In this document: piece by piece, positions 60,201-64,000 of the stretch
How the letters are laid out: every line of letters begins with the position of its first letter
Numbering within the stretch: the stretch's first letter is position 1
Source: Leptogorgia sarmentosa
Taxonomy: Eukaryota
NCBI GenBank assembly: GCA_964658305.1
Contig: OZ210885.1
Span: 9,982,001 to 10,046,000 of the forward strand
Length of the DNA: 64,000 bases
Direction of reading: 5' to 3'
Notes under the pieces: generated by a model
Database searches by the model: none
What the model saw: only the letters and a program-made list of their open reading frames with translations
Told to the model about the DNA's origin: nothing
Made by a program: the position numbers and the translations under genes

Positions 60201-61939
60201 ACGTTTTAAATTGGCTAAAAACAATTCCAATTTTTTATCACGCAATAACGAGCACCGTACATACAATCAATTACAACTCCTAAACACCTTTGGCAAAAAA
60301 ACAACCTTTACGAGCTAACCTGTGGAAATAGCTTCATGACTTTTCATGTCCCGGAGGGAGACAAGTTCCCGAAAAGGGGCCGGGAAAAGCAAAATATGGT
60401 CCGCTTGTTGAACGGGTCGATATAATACTATTTTAGCGATTGTTAGGGGGAATATTAGATTTTGCTCAAACCTTTTTGTCTGCTTCAAACTGCCAGGTTT
60501 CACCACTTCGGCGAAGTTCGTCAAGTAATTTTAAGTAACGACCATCAACAAAAACGTCCGAAACTAAGAACGAAAAAGTATATTATTAAATCAAGCAAAT
60601 AATACAATAGCACAGGTACCGTATTTGCAGTTATAAGGAAGTCCCAGAGTTGGGTATGAGTAATTTCCGGTAATACGGGAAAATTATACTGATATTATCG
60701 GTATACCGATTTTTGAACGAGGTCATCAGCTAAGGTTAAGCTTAAAAACCTCTAAGTCTAACGCTGTAATCGCATGATGAGAATATTTACCAATTCGAAG
60801 CATGTAAAATGCTGTGTTCAAGCATAGCCTTAAAAACCGCACCTAATTACAACAACCAATTAACTGATAAATTTCAGGTTAACTACACTCGCACATAGTT
60901 GCAACAATACAGAACTATCACAGTTTATTGAAGAATTTCGGTATTTATAAAACTTCGATATATGGGTATGACGAAAAAACCTATACAGATATACCGATAT
61001 TAGTTTTCATACAGATATTTCGGTATATTGGTAGCTATACCGAACAGTCCTTCCCAGAGTACAACATTCCCTCGAACAAGACATACAAGGTGTAGTATTT
61101 AAGCACTTCTGACGACAAAAAAATGTGATTCAGTAACCTTTCAAGTATCTTTCAAGTGTCAAACCACAATTAATAAGCAATAAACTGATAACGAACAAGA
61201 GCAGGAAGGATAATCTCACAACCTAAACCATAAAACAGATTCGACGTATCGTTTAGCAAGTGAGATTATCCTTCTTGCTCTTGTTCGTTATCCTGAAGTG
61301 CTACCTACACTGGTCACGTGTGCTGTAATTTAAACTGATACCTTTATTCTTCCATTCCAGTAGATCATCACACGCCTGTTTTTCAAGATCAGGTGATAAC
61401 TTAATGCTTTTCAGCAAGTATTCCATGTCTTGAATTGCATCATTGAACATGACATTGGTCCATTTGGGAAAGTTACAATGAGCCCACTCATTTCTCACTT
61501 TTGACCTTACATTCTTTGCGTAAACTGAGGCACCAGATGTTATGAATGGATCTGCTTCACACATGAGAGTCAGTAAAGCAGAAAGATCCATTGTATCGTC
61601 AAAACCTGTAAACTTTGCCATGAAGGGTTGAACGAACAACTTTGCCAAAGACAGAGCATCTTTCACCGCGTAGTCATATGCACGGGAAGATTTGTGTACA
61701 TTATTACCGTTGATGTTTTTATATTGTAAAGACAACGTTGATGGTGGCAGCGTTTTAATTTGCTTTCCGAAAACTTGTTTGTCAATTTCAACAGGTGGTT
61801 TACATAAGTCTTGATACCAGCTCTGCAATTCTGCATCGACAACTTTCCTCAAGGTGGGAGTGACAACTTTGGTAAGGCAAATACCCGTTACAACCCATCT
61901 GGATTCTTCATCTGTTGTGTAACTGGCACTGGTTGCCAT
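20960..61939 (-). CDS. Multi-exon APAF-1-like STAND protein: HEPN-like N-terminus, coiled coil, NB-ARC, WD40 repeats (whole-gene span)
   Basis: 16 GT-AG exons assembled by hand. Intron phases are consistent from exon 2 (59126) to the stop at 20960; the exon 1/2 junction is unresolved. Walker A GMGGLGKT, Walker B LVVLDDVW, LLITTRD, CKGLPLAL, VHDLL, at least ten WD40 repeats. Confidence 0.88.
21712..21894. repeat. Palindromic MITE-like element
   Basis: TTTATGCTTT(C/T)AATAGAAATTAG...CTAATTTCTATTAAAAGCATAAA with an inner GTTTTGACAC/GTGTCAAAAC hairpin. Confidence 0.7.
24567..24968. mobile_element. Foldback/MITE with long TIRs
   Basis: TTCCAAATTAAT..CCCCAG(T/C)AAGAAGGAT..AAAACAATGATGCTTTTATCAAATAGCGTAAATTCG is mirrored at 24880-24968. 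Confidence 0.75.
26329..26569 (-). CDS. Exon 15: WD40-like
   Basis: ttgacag|IDRVNENGVVHRYEY...EEITKWNLNG...NLVAIS G|gtaaat; phases fit both neighbours. Confidence 0.78.
26880..27310 (+). mobile_element. CR1/L2-type LINE AP-endonuclease fragment
   Basis: LDILALNETRL, DRSRTGGGV, IVGTIYRPP, YILGDLN motifs; disrupted, and cut by a palindromic element at 27312. Confidence 0.88.
27312..27710. repeat. Palindromic element related to 3650-4106
   Basis: Hairpin CACTTATTGACTG...TGTGTTTTGTGGACCCGA/TCGGGTCCACAAAACACA...CAGTCAATAAGTG, plus IR TTATTATATAC..ATCGTC / GACGAT..GTATATAATAA. Confidence 0.8.
30024..30980. repeat. Cluster of palindromic elements with inverted duplication
   Basis: Hairpin 30470-30630 with apex AAC-TC-GGC-TTC-GCC-TC-GTT; deleted copy at 30030-30180; 30235-30520 is inverted at 30685-30978. 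Confidence 0.85.
31724..32325 (-). CDS. Exon 14: WD40
   Basis: GHPDDSIVTAIDITSNAKFALSGSSSG...AHEDAISQV...FASGSIVGSVKLWK; donor AAG|gtatgt. Confidence 0.88.
32551..32781. mobile_element. PIF/Harbinger-like MITE
   Basis: TIR GGC(C/A)GTTTTCCATT(A/G)CAGTCG; 3-bp TSD TAA. Confidence 0.7.
33730..34138 (-). CDS. Exon 13: WD40
   Basis: tttaag|VWNLSVG...RFSSDGLQVIIGCKDNHVFIWDW...ISPDGKNL. Confidence 0.88.
34554..35426. mobile_element. Long-TIR DNA element with 6-bp TSD
   Basis: CCATAGATATAGGAAGCCTAGATTGCTGACT / AGTCAGCAATCTAGGCTTCCTATATCTATGG; arms mirrored for ~250 bp; TSD ATAAAG. Confidence 0.85.
37885..40189 (+). mobile_element. hAT-like element with 9-bp TSD carrying decayed vertnin/OTU-like coding remnants
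   Basis: Perfect 16-bp TIR CAGGCGCGGATCTAGG; ACTGACACA on both sides; many TGACC/GGTCA subterminal motifs; internal SGNCFYSSAS and HPNHFVPLL peptides. Confidence 0.82.
40405..40514 (-). CDS. Exon 12: WD40 (short, absent from the ORF track)
   Basis: taatag|GDLEWAKHVAVSADDRYVVSLSKDGNISQDSTKSSIK|gtgtag; bridges phase 1 to phase 0 and joins VWNL. Confidence 0.8.
40855..41383. repeat. Palindromic element with GA/GA loops
   Basis: ATTACACGGTT..GAAGATATGGATTTTATGTTC-GA-GTGGCAAGAACAATAT mirrored; adjacent IR TTATTATATGGAC/GTCCATATAATAA. Confidence 0.8.
41630..42085. repeat. Inverted-repeat element
   Basis: GTATCAAATATTCCGTATCTCTACACTCTTC is mirrored by GAAGAGTGTAGAGATACGGAATATTTGATAC. Confidence 0.7.
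42619..42851 (-). CDS. Exon 11: WD40
   Basis: GVAIIPNAKKVLTASWDGSIRVWNL...DHSEDVT...STDGTFKVWNL; phase 2 start matches exon 10. Confidence 0.9.
43610..43853 (-). CDS. Exon 10: WD40
   Basis: LVSASGDGTIKIWDL...LKGHESPVTSVAVS...YKGHTNLI; ends phase 2 at AG|gtgggt. Confidence 0.9.
44214..44345 (+). repeat. (GT)n microsatellite (~44260-44287) within a possible HINE/DINE-1-like Helentron relic
   Basis: TTACCTCTGCAAGGAGGTTATG small IR followed by GTCT/GT repeats; the family call is inference. Confidence 0.5.
45641..46043. mobile_element. hAT-type MITE
   Basis: CAGTGGCGTAGGA / TCGTATGCCCTTG; TSD TTTCAGAG / TTTCATAG (7/8). Confidence 0.7.
46666..46875 (-). CDS. Exon 9: WD40
   Basis: LKVYCVSTG...VATGGYPDKTIKLWK...LVGHTDRVRCV; phase 1/1. 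Confidence 0.88.
47546..48691. mobile_element. Pogo/Tigger-like MITE with nested insertions
   Basis: TA|CAGTCGAACCTC...GAGGTTCCACTC|TA; repeated GCGGACACC motifs; contains a palindromic element (47642-48150) and a small related MITE (~48418-48523). Confidence 0.75.
47642..48150. repeat. Palindromic element (hairpin 47955-48147)
   Basis: Apex AACAC-TC-GGC-TAC-GCC-TC-GTGTT; further TC/TC loops; adjacent IR TTATAATATAAG/CTTATATTATAA. Confidence 0.85.
49972..50190 (-). CDS. Exon 8: WD40
   Basis: REVQQLLGHSYDVSCLAVSQSGTILASGSCDGSTILW; donor G|gtaagc. Confidence 0.9.
50721..50966 (-). CDS. Exon 7: end of helical domain, start of WD40
   Basis: ttccag|GRLLSYQEYPRI...CGLGNGSISVIDQET G|gtatgc; completes QLLGRLL. 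Confidence 0.88.
51125..51568. repeat. Palindromic element (hairpin 51413-51566)
   Basis: GCATGATATCAAGAATTATTCA..CCTCGGTCAATGTTATCC mirrored; apex CCTCAGC-TTC-GCTGAGG; adjacent IR TTATACATTTAAAA/TTTTAAATGTATAA. Confidence 0.85.
54257..54842. mobile_element. Tc1/mariner-type MITE with ~200-bp TIRs
   Basis: TA|CAGGGTGTCTCAAAAAAAAGGTAATC...GAGACACCCTG|TA; near-perfect arms. Solo CAGGGTGT ends also occur at ~11083, ~20570 and ~56886. Confidence 0.9.
55288..55710 (-). CDS. Exon 6: MHD-type motif and APAF-1 helical domain
   Basis: YRVHDLLLDFA...YYFKFLPYHI...LFFDLNWLQQKV...ICPQLLG. Confidence 0.9.
55979..56615 (-). CDS. Exon 5: NB-ARC Walker B, GLPL, winged helix
   Basis: CLVVLDDVW, LLITTRD, CKGLPLAL, FLDFGIFPEDTNIP..VLELFW; ttgcag| to G|gtacac. 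Confidence 0.92.
57498..57698. mobile_element. PIF/Harbinger-like MITE
   Basis: AGCCC(A/G)TTTTCCACTC TIRs; TSD TTA. Confidence 0.7.
57782..58165 (-). CDS. Exon 4: NB-ARC P-loop
   Basis: LPRDMVRRPSEVNEILKLL...VVGIRGMGGLGKTILA...VIWLDVG; donor ACA|GTATGT. Confidence 0.9.
58598..58860 (-). CDS. Exon 3: linker
   Basis: tgtcag|GNSLKILVPILDSNVQ...SSTATG|gtgctt; phase 1 to phase 0; donor is weak. Confidence 0.6.
58961..59126 (-). CDS. Exon 2: coiled-coil linker
   Basis: ttttctcttcccag|MHEVVEELDNIKSRLLCKIEDVARCAAENSEKLKRQAEKIDKML..KP G|gtattg; starts phase 0, ends phase 1. Confidence 0.65.
59309..59459. mobile_element. hAT-type MITE
   Basis: CAGTGGCGTA / TACGCCACT; TSD GCATTCTT / GCATTTTT; related to 62797-62975. 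Confidence 0.7.
61187..61292. repeat. Hairpin just 3' of the HEPN exon
   Basis: GATAACGAACAAGAGCA(G/A)GAAGGATAATCTCAC / GTGAGATTATCCTTCTTGCTCTTGTTCGTTATC; 33-bp arms. Confidence 0.85.
61342..61939 (-). CDS. Exon 1: HEPN-like (CXorf38/DUF4559-like) effector domain
   Basis: MATSAS...RWVVTGICL...SLAKLFVQPFM...DLSALLTLM...VRNEWAHCN...EWKNKG; donor AAAG|GTATCA, phase 1; acceptor AG just upstream of the ATG at 61951-61952. Confidence 0.8.
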
Positions 61940-62796
61940 TATTCAGGGATCTACACATAAAATATACGTGAATTAAGTATACGCAATTTAAATAGACTTT
62001 CAGCTGCAATCAATGAATTTCATAACATTTTCATGCACTCCATATTTAAAATATGCAGGTAACATCAAAATACGTGGCACTAAAGGCCCATTTACACTAC
62101 ACATGAATTGGCGCGGCGCGGCTAAAATTTGGAACGGATGCCGGTTTTTATTGGCAAGGCACGAGGAAATTTCTGGGTGTAAATTTCTGTATCTACCCGT
62201 GCCGAGACCCAGAACATAGTTGGACAAATGCCGTGCCATACAAAATGATACCAGGTTGCTTCGATGTACGCATGCTCGGTACGTTTTTCAAAATCGCGGA
62301 AAAGAAAGAAGCGGGGGGCAGTTTCGAACGCATTTACTAGAGTGATGCAAAACATCATTGGGCGAGCCCTGAGGCCATTGTATACCAGTGAGGTTTCCGA
62401 GATTATAGCTCAGTCAAACTTGAATTTTGTTAAAACCCTTTTGTTATCAGCGTTAACAAAAAGAATTAAAGCTTAAAATCAGTAGAAAGCTTTATGACCT
62501 GAGAAAATTTTGTACAGTTATAAATTTTGTTAATTAATTAATAGCCATCTAAAATAGTGTGACCACGTGGCAAACTTCCGGTTTAATCCAGATTGTAGCA
62601 ATTCAATTCAAGTCTATTGTCATTTCGTTATTAACTCTACACATAGGTCAAGGTGAAGTTCTATTCAAATTTATCAAGAGATACAAAACAAAAGCAGTGC
62701 AATAGTCAAAATATAGAATTGTCAAACAATGAATCGAGTACAAGACGGCGGGCGGAAAGTTGTAGTGTGCAATCGTAGAAACTGCCTCAACATACG

Positions 62797-62975
62797 CAGG
62801 GCCGTCGCTAGAACGTTAATTGGGGGTGTGCATGTTCATATTTTGGCGTTCTGCCGACTGATTTCTTTTGAAATCAGTTGTTTATGAATTAATTTCTAAA
62901 GAAATCAGTCGGCAGCACGCCAAAATATGAATACGCCCCCCCCCCCCCCCAATTAACGTTCTAGCGACGGCCCTA
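62797..62975. mobile_element. hAT-type MITE upstream of the STAND gene
   Basis: AGGGCCGTCGCTAGAACGTTAATTGGGGG TIRs; almost wholly palindromic; perfect 8-bp TSD AACATACG. Confidence 0.9.
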
Positions 62976-64000
62976 AACATACGATAAAACGTTCATTAAG
63001 ACATGCGACAAAGCACGACAAAACCCAAAGTGCCTGCACTCATGACAAAAACGACTGAACGTACGTATGACTACGTCCGGCACGTCGAAAAAGGTTTTTC
63101 ACGGGGTCAGGGCTATTTCAGATACCTTGAGGCAGATCGGTCCTTTGGCACGTAATTTTCACAAAATAAACAAGTCCCAAACCATGAATCTAACCCTAAC
63201 CGTAGCATTCTAACCCAAGCCACTAAAAACAATTCGAGAGAGTAAGAGAAAAATCAAAGAATGTTTTCAAAGGCTTTTGGGAGGCTAAGTGGTGCTTGGG
63301 GCACAGTCCCTCGGAAAATATCATCACTTTGGGAAATATTACGCCGAATTCCCCTCCCTCCGGGTCTATAAATGATAAATAGACTGTATTTCTTTCGTTA
63401 TGTGTGTCATTCATTCCGTGCCATTCTAATGCAATAATCGCTCAAAAATACGCTTAACTTTAGGTAAAACATTGTTCGGCACAATACATAATTTTCCTCC
63501 GGAAATACACTGGAAGGCATAATGAACAATCACAAAAACTTCCGCTATAATACAATTTAGCTACTTGCATGCTATCAGTCTCGGTCTTGCTTTAATTAAC
63601 AATGAATGTTTTATGGTAAACGAAATCTATCAACTGCATTTTACAGACTGAAATGTTGCTTCTCATATACTATAGTTTTTAATGAAACTTATAAACAAAC
63701 TTACGTGAGGTATACACTGCTAGTATTGAAGCTTGCTTTCCTATGAATTTGAAGACTTCGTCGCAACCTAATTAGTCAAGAAAAGCAAATTTGCTAACAG
63801 CGCTACAGACTGAGCGTTGCTAAGTTGCAGTTATATCGCTGAAAACCTGAAAGCAATAAAGGTCCACCTGTTGTTTGGTCCCTGGTCATTGCATGCTCAA
63901 GTCTGTATTGAATAAGCCCGAAGTGAGGATGGAAGCTGCTTTGTTTGGCAATGCTCAATTCAATTTAGGATTTCAACAAATCGTGCCAAGTAGCGCTGTA

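Noticed and set aside
60791..60842. Candidate small exon (taattag|GTGCGG...AATTG|gtaaat, minus strand) between exons 1 and 2
   Set aside because: At 52 nt it ends in phase 2 and does not restore the frame to the phase 0 acceptor at 59126; unsupported without RNA data.
63188..63217. TAACCC-like repeats
   Set aside because: Only two or three imperfect units, typical of repeat-element interiors rather than a telomere.

Overview
AT-rich, intron- and repeat-rich animal DNA; the repeat families suggest a cnidarian or other marine invertebrate (inference). 0.5-6.2 kb: a hAT MITE, a decayed Penelope-like retroelement ending in a minimal hammerhead ribozyme, and a CACTG-TIR element. 6.2-19.5 kb: about 30 tRNA genes and pseudogenes in two largely mirror-image halves split by a 3.3 kb CACTG-TIR insertion; positionally equivalent copies differ at the wobble base. 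21.0-61.9 kb (minus strand): one ~16-exon gene of ~1,700-1,800 aa with an N-terminal HEPN-like domain (RNEWAH, R-x4-H; CXorf38/DUF4559-like) in place of a CARD, then a coiled coil, an APAF-1-type NB-ARC ATPase and a long WD40 array. This is a candidate RNase-armed apoptosome or NLR-like receptor. Its introns hold many MITEs, LINE fragments, a hAT-like element with a decayed vertnin/OTU-like gene, and several unrelated long hairpins that share 2x2 GA/GA loops and GC-GNA-GC apices, pointing to a strand-specific ssDNA structure. All coordinates were read by hand and no searches were run.
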